The notes under the pieces: model-generated
Seen by the model: only the letters and a program-made list of their open reading frames with translations
What the model was told of the DNA's origin: nothing
Databases searched by the model: none
NCBI GenBank assembly: GCA_049320885.1
Contig: JBMORA010000053.1
Location: 1 to 56,813, forward strand
Direction of reading: 5' to 3'
Length of the DNA: 56,813 nt
Origin: Thermodesulfobacteriota bacterium
GTDB lineage: Bacteria; Desulfobacterota; Desulfobacteria; Desulfobacterales; SURF-7
Shown here: positions 39,611 to 49,265 of the stretch, piece after piece
Layout of the letters: every line of letters starts with the position of its first letter
Numbering within the stretch: the first letter of the stretch is position 1
Made by a program: the position numbers and the translations under genes

Positions 39611-39628
39611 CTTGACGTTAAGGTCAAC
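39611..39628. promoter_or_regulatory. LiuR-like palindromic operator (autoregulation)
   Basis: CTTGACGTTAAGGTCAAC; TTGACA-17 nt-TAGGTT promoter on the minus strand overlaps it. Confidence 0.7.
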
Positions 39629-39740
39629 CTATGCGGTCATGGGGTGATTGTCAAGCGGGGATGTGGTTCCGGTTTGTATCTTCCCTTTTCAAAATATAAT
39701 TCTATGCCGGGATGGAAACGTGTTCATTTTTTCAGCGGCT

Positions 39741-40814
39741 TCAACCATCCAGTATATATTGTTTTCTCAGTTGTAAAAATGGCGTCTCTATGAAGCGATA
39801 ACTCAAGGCGCCTACAGGGATCATCATCAGAAAACAAACAGCTGCGGCGCCAACAGCCAGATAAAAATTGGAGAGGGGCAAAAGCCGTGTATGAATGAAT
39901 TCGGCCATGGTAAAGACAATAAAAAAATGCAACAGATAGATGGAGTAGGAATAGGTGCCTATTCGTGCTAACCATTTGGAAAAAAAGTGATTCGAGTGGC
40001 GGAAGGTATTGTCATACCAGCTGATGAGGACAGCGTAGGCCAGACCTTCGACGGCCGGCAAAAACACCCAGATCAATCGGTGCGATGGATAGGAAGGGCC
40101 GCAGTAAAAGCCTCCCTGATAATCGAAATACCAGTAAAATACGGAAAAGGCGATAAGGCTGAAGACGGCGAACCGGTGATTTCCCGAAATGATAGAGCGG
40201 AAGTGGTAGGCGGTTATTCCGAAAACAAATTGATCCAGCCGTCCGATAATCGTCCAGAAAGCCATCGTTTGGATCTCACCGGTCTTGCGGTACAGGATAT
40301 ATCGGATGATGAGCAGGGCGCCTTCGACACATAGGAGGGCGAATCTCGATTTTCGCGATAGCCAGAGAAGCATGGGCAGAATGACATAAAAATGAAATTC
40401 GATGGTTATGGACCAACCCCCATTGGGAAGCGTCGGCAGAAAAGCACCCATCAGGATTCTTTCCGCATACCGCGAAAGACTTCGTCCGGCCCGGTATTCC
40501 AGCAGCCCGACCATCACAATGACGATCACCAGCAGGGGGAACAGCCGCAGAATTCGGTTCCAGATAAACGCGGCGGGTTTGATATTTTTTGAATCCAGTA
40601 ATTTGGCGAACAGATAACCGCTTAGGGTCATGAAAAGTGCGACACCGGTATGCCCTTCGTCGACAAGCGAAAACGGAAACAGGGAGGGCACATACGCGAA
40701 AGGAATCAATCGCCCGTTCCCGGCATGGATGAAATGCCACGAAAAAACCAGGAAGGCGGCCAGCGCTCTTACATGGTCCAGGCCGATATAGTAGTCGCCG
40801 GATGATGAACGCAT
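39741..40814 (-). CDS. Acyltransferase-3 (OafA/YrhL) membrane protein
   Basis: LDHVRALA, F..LSGY, RILRLFP, WSI.IE..FY, SYSIYLLH, IETPF. Confidence 0.9.
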   Translation of the reverse strand: MRSSSGDYYIGLDHVRALAAFLVFSWHFIHAGNGRLIPFAYVPSLFPFSLVDEGHTGVALFMTLSGYLFAKLLDSKNIKPAAFIWNRILRLFPLLVIVIVMVGLLEYRAGRSLSRYAERILMGAFLPTLPNGGWSITIEFHFYVILPMLLWLSRKSRFALLCVEGALLIIRYILYRKTGEIQTMAFWTIIGRLDQFVFGITAYHFRSIISGNHRFAVFSLIAFSVFYWYFDYQGGFYCGPSYPSHRLIWVFLPAVEGLAYAVLISWYDNTFRHSNHFFSKWLARIGTYSYSIYLLHFFIVFTMAEFIHTRLLPLSNFYLAVGAAAVCFLMMIPVGALSYRFIETPFLQLRKQYILDG

Positions 40815-40820
40815 GTCGGA

Positions 40821-43046
40821 TCAGGGTCCACAGGGCAGCCGGGTGAAGACACGATAAGACCCCTGATATAAATCCCTGATTCTGCGCAACAGGTAATATT
40901 CGTTATAGGGTCTGTCGTCGGTTATCCGGATTTCCGGGTCGGCGGCCAGAATCCTTTCCAGCTTGACGTCGGCGTTGACCATGGGCGCCAATATGTTCAG
41001 CAGATTTTTGTCCTGGTACCATTCCGTGAAATCCGCCAGCGCCGCGGGAGGCATTCTGGCGATCAATTCTTCGGCCGTCAATTCCGGTATCGGTTGACTG
41101 GAGGCCATGAAATGCGCCCCCCATCCCTCGGCGGAGGGCAGTACTTTCACGTGGGGAAAGGAATTCAGGATCGAGCGCGCCGCGGCCTGGAATGTCTCGA
41201 GCTCACAGACCGGAATCCATTGCTGGAGAATACCACCCTTATTCAGTCTTTTTTTGACCAGGTCATAAAATTCATCCGAATACAGCAAGCTGGAGCCGGC
41301 GGTTTCGATGGGCGGCGGCGGATCAATGGTGATCACATCGAATGTTTCCGATGTCCTGGCCAGGTAGCGCCTCCCGTCATCAATGACAATGTCGCCTTTG
41401 GGGTTTTTCAGGAGATTGGCCGCATCCTGGAAATAGAATCCAAAAGCCTCTTTGACACTGGGGACGAGTTCAACGGCAACCGTGCGGATGTCCCAGCTCA
41501 TCAGGGAACGGAAGGTCGTCCCCATGCCGAAGCAGATCACCAGCGCTGATTCCGGTTTTTCGCTGCAATAGGCCAGGGGCAGATGGGCCATGGCCTTGGT
41601 GATATCCGTCAGTTTCGTGATTCCAACCCCGTTGACGAGAAGTTGTTTGGCGATGCCGTACCCGTAGGAAACCACGGTGGCGGTATGGTCTCTTCTGACC
41701 TCCACGCCTTTCTGGGCCGCGTAGTTTTCTTCGTAACTCACATGGACGGCAAGAGTCCTCAGGAAGATGAACAGCGCCAACCCTCCCATGACCATGGTCC
41801 ATTCCTGCCGGAAAAGGGTTTTCCGGTAGTACAGAACAAGGAAGGCGAGGAACGGGGCCGACAACAGAAGAAAGGCTGTTTTAACCCCCCAAAGAGGCAA
41901 CAGCACATAGGAAGCGAAAAGGGGGCCGATGATGCAGCCGATGATGTTCAGGGCATAGGCGCGGCCGCCTTTGTACGGGTCGCCGGCGGAATAGCGGTCG
42001 ATCAGCTGGGGCGTCAGATATCCGAGGGCCGCGCAGAAGGGGAAAATGCTCGCCAGAACGCCGAGGACTCCGGGTTGCATGCGCGGATCGTTCATCACCA
42101 AGGGCAGCAGGGCGAATACGGCAATGCTCGACATGAGCTTGTCTTCTCCGGCCACTTTGTTGCCGGCGATATGCTTGCGGTAAAGGAAAGAGCCGATCCA
42201 GGTGCCGAACAAATAGACTGCCAATAACGCGGCGAAGGAATAGGTGGCGGTTTTCAGAATCGGTGTAAAAGCCCTGATCCAAACCACCTCCATGCTGAGA
42301 GAGACAAAACCGGTCATGAAAAGAATCGAGCAGATTCGGTTCCGGTCCGTTGACGGGAGGTTTTGCTTGCCCTCTCCGCCGGCTGCGACCCCGGCCGATT
42401 CATTCTGAACGGAATACCGGTGGTTTCCGGCGAGCAGGATGGATACAATGGCGATGCTGAAATTGAGTGCGGCGGCTATGAACAGGGTTTTCTGGAAACC
42501 CAGCATTTCGATCAAGGCAATGGCCGTCGTGAGTGTGCCGAGCATGGCTCCGATCACATTGGCGAAATACAGGTAGCTGAAACTCGATTCGGATTTTGTC
42601 CCGGATTTTTTGATGAACGCCATCATGAACGGAAAGGTGAATCCCATGAAAATACACCAGGGAAGAATGGAAATCGAGATCATGACGGCGGAATGAAACA
42701 GATACCGGTAAGTATTCATTTCACCGTATCCCAACAGGACATGATTCCACATGGCGAACAAGGCGGGTACCGCGAACGCACCAAGTCCCAGAAAGGCCTC
42801 CGTTCCGGCGTACAGAAGCAGGGGCGTCCTGGTTTTCGTTGTCGTCAGCCGGTTGATCCATTTGCCGCCGGCCCATGAGCCGATGGAAAGACCCAGCATA
42901 AAGACGGATATCACCACGGATAGAACCGGGGTGATCACGCCGAAGGATGCATAGGCCATTCTGACCCATACGACCTGATACAGCAGACCGCAGAAGCCCG
43001 AAATAAGAAAGAGGACGAACAGAATTCGATAGTGGCCGACCCGCAT
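40821..43046 (-). CDS. Fused membrane domain/spermidine-synthase-like SAM-fold protein
   Basis: FLISGFCGLLYQVVW multi-TM N-terminus; VELVPSV, DDGRRYL, DPPPP. Confidence 0.85.
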   Translation of the reverse strand: MRVGHYRILFVLFLISGFCGLLYQVVWVRMAYASFGVITPVLSVVISVFMLGLSIGSWAGGKWINRLTTTKTRTPLLLYAGTEAFLGLGAFAVPALFAMWNHVLLGYGEMNTYRYLFHSAVMISISILPWCIFMGFTFPFMMAFIKKSGTKSESSFSYLYFANVIGAMLGTLTTAIALIEMLGFQKTLFIAAALNFSIAIVSILLAGNHRYSVQNESAGVAAGGEGKQNLPSTDRNRICSILFMTGFVSLSMEVVWIRAFTPILKTATYSFAALLAVYLFGTWIGSFLYRKHIAGNKVAGEDKLMSSIAVFALLPLVMNDPRMQPGVLGVLASIFPFCAALGYLTPQLIDRYSAGDPYKGGRAYALNIIGCIIGPLFASYVLLPLWGVKTAFLLLSAPFLAFLVLYYRKTLFRQEWTMVMGGLALFIFLRTLAVHVSYEENYAAQKGVEVRRDHTATVVSYGYGIAKQLLVNGVGITKLTDITKAMAHLPLAYCSEKPESALVICFGMGTTFRSLMSWDIRTVAVELVPSVKEAFGFYFQDAANLLKNPKGDIVIDDGRRYLARTSETFDVITIDPPPPIETAGSSLLYSDEFYDLVKKRLNKGGILQQWIPVCELETFQAAARSILNSFPHVKVLPSAEGWGAHFMASSQPIPELTAEELIARMPPAALADFTEWYQDKNLLNILAPMVNADVKLERILAADPEIRITDDRPYNEYYLLRRIRDLYQGSYRVFTRLPCGP

Positions 43047-43343
43047 GATGCGCTCCTGGTTGTTGGAAATTATTTCTAACATCTGTCATCCGGCAAGCCG
43101 GATATTCAGCGATTGACCCTATTGTTTTTCGGGATGAATTTCAAGCATTAGTTGGAGTCCGGATCCTGATTCGGTTCTGGATGCCGGACTTTCTTGTTCA
43201 CCGGTTCGCCGGCGGATAAATATGTTGACACGCAGGGGGTTCAGTGGGAGAAAGAATACTCAAGTTTTTTTGTGTTCAAGCGTCCATTGAAGGACATTCC
43301 AAACCGCCTGCAGGGTATTCCCGGGAGCAAAGGAGATATCGTC

Positions 43344-44312
43344 ATGGGCAAAAGAACCGGAATGAGCCGGCTGATAGGCTTGTTTGCCATTTTGCTGGTC
43401 TGGATGCTGTGCGCCTGCACCAGCATGAAATACGGCCTTTATGAAATGGCCATCGACGGCGAACGCGCCAAGGCGGGGCTCAGCCTGAAACAAACGGCGA
43501 TCGGCGGCAAATCCATCGCTTTTCTGGAAGGCGAACGGGCGCCGGGAAAATCGAATCTGGTCCTGATTCATGGATTCGGCGCCAACAAGGACAACTGGGT
43601 GAGATTCGCCAAATTTCTCACGGACTTTTTTTATGTGGTGGCCGTGGACTTGCCGGGTCATGGGGACAGCGTCAAGGATCCGAATCTGCCTTATGATCTG
43701 GATGACCAGGTGGGTTATCTGAACGAACTCCTGGCCCAATTGGGGATCAGGGAATTCCATATTTCCGGCAATTCCATGGGCGGCGCCATCGCTGCCCTTT
43801 ACGCCGCCAGATATCCGGAACAGGTGCGATCCCTGATGCTGATGGCTCCGGGAGGCATCTATCAATATGAAAGCGACCTCACGCGTCAGCTCGCCGGAGG
43901 AAAAAACCCCCTGATCGTGACGAACGAGGATGAATTCGATGCGCTGATGGATTTTGTCCTTGAGAAAAAGCCGTTTCTGCCCTGGCCGATGACCAGCGTG
44001 ATGGCGGAAAAGGCCATGGCCAATAGACCGATCAACGAGAAAATTTTCGACGACATCCGCGGTGAGCATCGCTATCAATTCCAGGAAGAACTGAAAAAGA
44101 TCGCCGTGCCGACACTGATCATCTGGGGTCGGAAGGATCGCGTTTTGAATGTTGAAAATGCCGCGGTTTTCGAGAAACTGATCCCACGGAGCAGGAAAGT
44201 CATCCTGGAGGACATCGGCCATGTACCCATGGTCGAAGATCCGGGGGGAACGGCCGCCATTTGCCGCTTATTCATGGAAGAACACGAATCCAGCGGAAGA
44301 CCTTTGCCATAG
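43344..44312 (+). CDS. Alpha/beta-hydrolase (lipase/esterase), likely lipoprotein
   Basis: HGFGA, GNSMGG, WGRKD, GHVPM; AAGGAG RBS. Confidence 0.9.
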   Translation: MGKRTGMSRLIGLFAILLVWMLCACTSMKYGLYEMAIDGERAKAGLSLKQTAIGGKSIAFLEGERAPGKSNLVLIHGFGANKDNWVRFAKFLTDFFYVVAVDLPGHGDSVKDPNLPYDLDDQVGYLNELLAQLGIREFHISGNSMGGAIAALYAARYPEQVRSLMLMAPGGIYQYESDLTRQLAGGKNPLIVTNEDEFDALMDFVLEKKPFLPWPMTSVMAEKAMANRPINEKIFDDIRGEHRYQFQEELKKIAVPTLIIWGRKDRVLNVENAAVFEKLIPRSRKVILEDIGHVPMVEDPGGTAAICRLFMEEHESSGRPLP

Positions 44313-44344
44313 ACCTGTATAATTGATCAGAGAGGTTGACGAAC

Positions 44345-44512
44345 ATGACTTTGTGCCCCATCGCCATTGCCACCGGTTGTAAAAAATGTTGGATCGTATC
44401 GGTTTGTCCTTTGAAGGGCATTATCGGCGACTTCAAGCCCGCGGCAAATAAGAAATCCGTCGGGAAAAAAACTCCGGTCCGATCCGGAGCTTCCAGGAAA
44501 AGGAAATCCTGA
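44345..44512 (+). CDS. 55-aa four-Cys small protein MTLCPIAIATGCKKCWIVSVCPLKGIIGDF with basic tail
   Basis: GAGG RBS; C-x7-CxxC-x5-CP spacing; below the ORF-track cutoff. Confidence 0.65.
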   Translation: MTLCPIAIATGCKKCWIVSVCPLKGIIGDFKPAANKKSVGKKTPVRSGASRKRKS

Positions 44513-44630
44513 GCAGTTCTGTTTTTACGTGGAATCCTTTTTTTAATCTTAATGAATTAAAAAGAATTAAAAAATCAGGAATTGCATCAGAATTCTTCTA
44601 AGGAAGAACTCTTCTGCTGATCAGGGCAGC

Positions 44631-45542
44631 CTATCCCTGAATACCGTGGTCGCGGAAGATGGCCTTGCAGTGACGGATCTGATCAGGACGCTGCCACTGT
44701 CGCATGACAGGAGCGAGTCCGGCTTCGGAAATGCCCAGGTTGACGGCCTTGTCCGGCCACAGGGGGTTGTAGGGGAGAAGCCTGGCCGTCTGTATTCCGG
44801 CGGCCTGCAAAAATGACGCCCACGCCCGGAGGTTCCTGTCCGTGGCGGTGATTCCCGGGATCAGGGGGATGCGCGGCAGGAGAACCTTGCCGTCTTTACG
44901 GGTCCGGGCGGCGAGGCGGCGGAAGTTTTCCAGAATGGCCCCGTTCGGGACCCCGCAGGAACGCCGGTGAGCGACCGTGTCGTGGATCTTGAGGTCGAAA
45001 TACATCGCATCCAGGTGGGGATAGAGCAGCGCCATGAAGCGCTCCCCGTCAAAAAAACCGCAGGTCTCGATCAGGCAATGGACGCCATGGGACTTGAGGT
45101 GCCGCAGCAATTCGGAGACGAATTCCATGCCGAGGGTCGGTTCGCCGCCCGAAAGGGTGACACCGCCTCCGGAGGTATCGTAGAAGGGCTTATCCCGGAG
45201 GACCTCCTCCGCGATGGCCGCGGCAGTCATCTGCCGACCCACCCGCTTCAGGGCCCCGGACGGGCAGGCCTCGGCGCAGTGGAAGCAAAGGGTACAGCGG
45301 CGACGGTCGATGAAAGCGGGATTGGCCCGGGACAGGGCGCCCTCCGGACAGGCCGCCAGGCAAGTTCCGCAGCCGACGCATTCCCGCCGGTCGTAGGAGA
45401 TCTCCGCGTCGGGACGCATCCCTTCCGGGTTGTGGCACCAGACACAGGACAAAGGGCAGCCCTTGAAGAAAACGACGCTCCGGATTCCCGGTCCGTCGTC
45501 CAGGGAATTCCCCTTGATTTCGAAGACCAGGGGGACTTTCAC
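44631..45542 (-). CDS. Glycyl-radical enzyme activase (radical SAM with ferredoxin insert)
   Basis: DDGPGIR, GCPLSCVWCHNPE, 2x CxxCxxCxxxCP, GGVTLSGGEP. Confidence 0.95.
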   Translation of the reverse strand: MKVPLVFEIKGNSLDDGPGIRSVVFFKGCPLSCVWCHNPEGMRPDAEISYDRRECVGCGTCLAACPEGALSRANPAFIDRRRCTLCFHCAEACPSGALKRVGRQMTAAAIAEEVLRDKPFYDTSGGGVTLSGGEPTLGMEFVSELLRHLKSHGVHCLIETCGFFDGERFMALLYPHLDAMYFDLKIHDTVAHRRSCGVPNGAILENFRRLAARTRKDGKVLLPRIPLIPGITATDRNLRAWASFLQAAGIQTARLLPYNPLWPDKAVNLGISEAGLAPVMRQWQRPDQIRHCKAIFRDHGIQG

Positions 45543-48490
45543 AGGCCGTACTCCGCCCGCTCGATGAGTTCGATCTGCATCTGCCGGTTCAGGGTGACGA
45601 AGTAGGCGTTATAGCCGGAGATGCGGACCAGGAGGTTCCGGTAGTTTTCCGGGTGGGCCATGGCGTCCTTGAGGATGTCGGAGGACACGACGTTGAACTG
45701 CATCTGCATCCCCCCCTGGGCGAAATAGGTTTTGACGTAGGCGTGCATGGCGTCCACAAGGGCTTCCCGGGTCTCCCCGGCGGCGGGGACGATCTTGACG
45801 TTGAAGGCGATGTTGTTGTCCATGTGGCGGGGATCCAGCCTGGCGATGTCCCGGATGTGGTCGAGAAAGCTCTTCCCCGCCGTGGGATGCGGTGTCAGGC
45901 CTGGGGTGAAGGCCTGCCCCGCCTTCCGGCCGGAAGGCAGGGCTCCGGAGAGGTTGCCGTAGGCCACATGCTGGGACATGGACCAGAATCCCGTCGTATA
46001 GCGGCCGCCGCGATAATTGGTATGGCCGGTATAGCAGTCGTGAATGAGCCGGGTGACGCGGTTGGCCATGGCCAGGGCTTCGGGGTCCCCGGAACCGAAT
46101 AGAGGAACCTTGTGACGCACAAGGGCCTGGATGCGGGGATCATCGGCGAAATTGTTGTCCACGGCGGTCTTGAGCTCCCGGAAGGTGATCCGCTTCTCGT
46201 CGAAAACGAGTTTCTTGATGGCCATGAGGGAATCGGTGACGTCGGCCAGGCCGATATTCGAGCTTCCGGAGGTGTTGTAGAGGGCCCCGCCCCTCGTCAC
46301 ATCGTAACCCGTCGCAAGGGGGCCCTGCATGACGGCACTGAGCAGGGGAGTGGGGCGGATCTCGGCATGAATTTCCGCCAGCATGTTGTTCAGGGTCACG
46401 GCCTGATCGATGAGAAATTTCTGCTGAGCCCCATAGGCGTCGAAGAAGGCGTCGAAGTCCCGGAAATCCTCCACCGCCCCCGTGCGGGGGCCGATGTCCC
46501 AGTCCATGCCCGGATGCCGGCCGTTGTTCAGGGCCATTTCCATCCCGGCCACCAGGTTCATGAGGATGGAACCCGTATGGCCCATGTGCCGGCCCGAGAG
46601 AGTGGGCTCAACGCAGCCCGTGGAAGACCAGTCCCGGATATCCTCCAGGGGATACCCATGCCGGGCTAGGGAGGAGAAAACTCCTGGATCGCCGTGCAGG
46701 GAGGGGGTGGCGACAGTGATGACGTTGACCTCGCAGAGGCGCTTGAGGTAAGCGTCGCTGTTGAACTCCGGATGAAAGCGGGCGTTCACGTTGGGATCCC
46801 GGATGGAGAGCATCTCCGTTACCTTGAGGAAGATGTAAGTCATGTCGTTGACGCCGTCCTCCCCGGCAGGAGTGACCCCGCCCAGGGTGATGGCCTGGTC
46901 CGAGGAACTGCCGCCGAAGAGGTAGTTCCCCAGATCGGGGACCAGGGGGAGGTGGTCCGTGCCCCGCATGAAAAAGCAGCCGATAAGCTCGATGGCGTGT
47001 TTGAGGTATGCTTTCCGGGCTTCCGGTGTCCCGAGCCGGGCCATGTCCCGCTCGAAAAAGGGTTGGAGCCACTGGTCGAGTCGGCCCAGGGACAGGCCCG
47101 TGTTCGTGTTCTCCATATGGACCGCGACCCACAGGATCCACAGGGCGTTTACCGCCTCATCGAGGGTTTCCGCCGGCCGGGCGGGGACACGCCCACAGAT
47201 CCGGGCCAGATTTTCCAATTCGATCCGGCGGCCGGGACGGGTTTCCGCCGCCGCCTGACGGCGGGCCTCTCCGGCGAGATTCCGGGCATAGGTGTTGACG
47301 CCCGCAAGACAGATCTTCATTGCCGTCAGGGCATCCTTCCCTCCCGTACCGGCGGCGAGTCGCTCATCGATCTCGGCCATGATTCCCAGGGTGCCCTTAT
47401 GGAGGATAGCGGGAAAATCGGGAACGGTGTGAGAGATCCCCACGGACTTCCAGACGAAATAGAAGGCCCAGCGTTGCTCGATGTCGAGGCACAGAGGGGC
47501 GCCGAACCGCCTGCGGGCGGTTTCGCGGAAGTTGCGGCGGGTCCAGAAGGGGAAGATGTCGTGGAGAATTGTCACATCTTCCGGCGATATCCTGTAGGGA
47601 TTCAGGGTCCGGCTGCCAACGGAAAGCAGTTCCCCCCAGATCATGGTCCCCTGGGCGTCGGGGTAGATGATAACTCCCGTGGGCTCCTTGGAAGTGGACG
47701 TCCCGGCGATGATGTCGTCCCGGGCGATGATGGGTTTCCTGTTCGCCATCAGGTGCTGGAACGCCAGGGCCTGGCGAAGTTCGGGAACCCAGGGGGTGCC
47801 GTCCGCCTTGGTTTCGAAGCCGTTTTCCCGGTGCCATTCCGTCAGCAGGCGGGGGCGTTCGGTACAGATTTCGGGCATGACCGTGAAGTGGCGTTCCAGG
47901 GATGCCTGGAGTCTTGGGAAGTCAGCGAGACTGTAGGCGGACAGGTAGGGGTCATCCAGGTATCGCACGCCCGGATCGACTTTCGCTCCCTTCAGGCGTT
48001 GATGCTTGCGACCGGCCAGTTCCGCGGTTTTCTCTGGGATGCGGACGGGCTGCTGGGCCTTGCGCACACGCTTATCCTCGCGCTGGCTCCTGCGGAGCAT
48101 GCGTTCGTGCATTCCGCCCAGCAGCAGCGAGACATAGAAGTTGAAGAGCTGGAGGTAGGCCAGATTGCCGTCAAGGGTCATCTTGTTGTGGAGGATGAGG
48201 GTCAAGACCTCGTTGGGGGTGATGCGGAGCATTTCCATCAGGGTCCGGTCGTTGACGAAATTCAGGATGCAGTCCGTTTCATCGGGGATCCGGTCCATTA
48301 CCGAGACGCGGCCGTCCCGGAAAGCGATGGCCTGCTCCACGGTGCCGCTGCGGGTGCGGAAGCCCATGACGAAGTTGATCCAGCCGTCGCGGTTCCGGAG
48401 GTAGGGCCGCAGGCGGGGGTTGATGGTATAGGCCGCCGCCATGAGACGCAGCAGCGAGCCGCCGGCAATATTCAGGGGGGTCCATTTCAT
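45539..48490 (-). CDS. Uncharacterised glycyl-radical enzyme with N-terminal SCP2-like extension
   Basis: VRISGYNAYF glycyl loop, GCVEP Cys loop, SLGRLDQ; 983 aa. Confidence 0.9.
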   Translation of the reverse strand: MKWTPLNIAGGSLLRLMAAAYTINPRLRPYLRNRDGWINFVMGFRTRSGTVEQAIAFRDGRVSVMDRIPDETDCILNFVNDRTLMEMLRITPNEVLTLILHNKMTLDGNLAYLQLFNFYVSLLLGGMHERMLRRSQREDKRVRKAQQPVRIPEKTAELAGRKHQRLKGAKVDPGVRYLDDPYLSAYSLADFPRLQASLERHFTVMPEICTERPRLLTEWHRENGFETKADGTPWVPELRQALAFQHLMANRKPIIARDDIIAGTSTSKEPTGVIIYPDAQGTMIWGELLSVGSRTLNPYRISPEDVTILHDIFPFWTRRNFRETARRRFGAPLCLDIEQRWAFYFVWKSVGISHTVPDFPAILHKGTLGIMAEIDERLAAGTGGKDALTAMKICLAGVNTYARNLAGEARRQAAAETRPGRRIELENLARICGRVPARPAETLDEAVNALWILWVAVHMENTNTGLSLGRLDQWLQPFFERDMARLGTPEARKAYLKHAIELIGCFFMRGTDHLPLVPDLGNYLFGGSSSDQAITLGGVTPAGEDGVNDMTYIFLKVTEMLSIRDPNVNARFHPEFNSDAYLKRLCEVNVITVATPSLHGDPGVFSSLARHGYPLEDIRDWSSTGCVEPTLSGRHMGHTGSILMNLVAGMEMALNNGRHPGMDWDIGPRTGAVEDFRDFDAFFDAYGAQQKFLIDQAVTLNNMLAEIHAEIRPTPLLSAVMQGPLATGYDVTRGGALYNTSGSSNIGLADVTDSLMAIKKLVFDEKRITFRELKTAVDNNFADDPRIQALVRHKVPLFGSGDPEALAMANRVTRLIHDCYTGHTNYRGGRYTTGFWSMSQHVAYGNLSGALPSGRKAGQAFTPGLTPHPTAGKSFLDHIRDIARLDPRHMDNNIAFNVKIVPAAGETREALVDAMHAYVKTYFAQGGMQMQFNVVSSDILKDAMAHPENYRNLLVRISGYNAYFVTLNRQMQIELIERAEYGL

Positions 48491-49128
48491 CGGCGCTTCT
48501 CCTTCTTGAATTCCCGGAAAGGCTTCATCAGATCGTCCACGATGCGATTGACTATGTCTTCCACCCGATGGTCCACCTCCTGAAGGACCCGGCTGTTCAA
48601 AAGGTTCACCAGACCGTTGAGCATGCTCCAGAGCTGGATCATCCGGAAACGGGCTTCCTCCTCGGTCACCCCCAGGGCCATGACCGCCGCCGTGGCTTTT
48701 TCCGCGGCCCGGAGGGCCGTCTGCTTTTCATGAAAAGCGGCCGGCTCCATCGCCGTTCCCACATAGTCGGCGTACTTGGGTGTGTTGCGGCTGAACATGA
48801 TCTCATAGTAGTCGGGGTTTTCCGTCCCGAAGGCGAGGTAGGCCCGGATCATTTCCTCGATGCGCTTCAGGGGGGCGGTCCGCTTCTTCCCGATTTCCTC
48901 GAAGGTCTCCGCAAGACGGGCAAAGCCCTTGGTCTGGATGAGGAGGTAGATTTCGTCCTTGTTCGTAAAGTAATTGTAGATGTTGGCGGCGGTCATGCCC
49001 AAACGGGCGCCGAGCCGGCGCATGCTGAAATGAACGAAACCATCGTCGAGAATCAGCTGGAGGGCCTCCTCCAGAATCCGATCCTTGATTTCGATGATCT
49101 TTTGCGCGTTTCGCGGCGCTTTTGGCAT
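48487..49128 (-). CDS. TetR/AcrR-family regulator
   Basis: FSMRRLG..LGMTAANIYNYFTNKDEI; ATGA overlap with the GRE gene. Confidence 0.92.
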   Translation of the reverse strand: MPKAPRNAQKIIEIKDRILEEALQLILDDGFVHFSMRRLGARLGMTAANIYNYFTNKDEIYLLIQTKGFARLAETFEEIGKKRTAPLKRIEEMIRAYLAFGTENPDYYEIMFSRNTPKYADYVGTAMEPAAFHEKQTALRAAEKATAAVMALGVTEEEARFRMIQLWSMLNGLVNLLNSRVLQEVDHRVEDIVNRIVDDLMKPFREFKKEKRR

Positions 49129-49160
49129 TGGTCCTCCCAATGATCGATGTGAATCTGTTC

Positions 49161-49187
49161 TAAACGATGTTCAATTAACATTGTTAA
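49161..49187. promoter_or_regulatory. Tandem candidate TetR operators
   Basis: Palindrome TTAACATTGTTAA plus degenerate copy TAAACGATGTTCA 14 bp away; TTGACT on the minus strand at 49195-49200. Confidence 0.6.
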
Positions 49188-49265
49188 ATATTAAAGTCAA
49201 GGAATTTGTCATTTGACCGTTGCCATTACAGCCCCCCTGATCTTGTTTCTTCTCTGGCGCTGCCC

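Noticed and set aside
44530..44620. AT-rich imperfect inverted repeats between convergent genes
   Set aside because: Too weak to call as a terminator or mobile-element end
46694..48583. 629-aa plus-strand ORF
   Set aside because: Antisense shadow of the GC-rich GRE gene; no recognisable motifs
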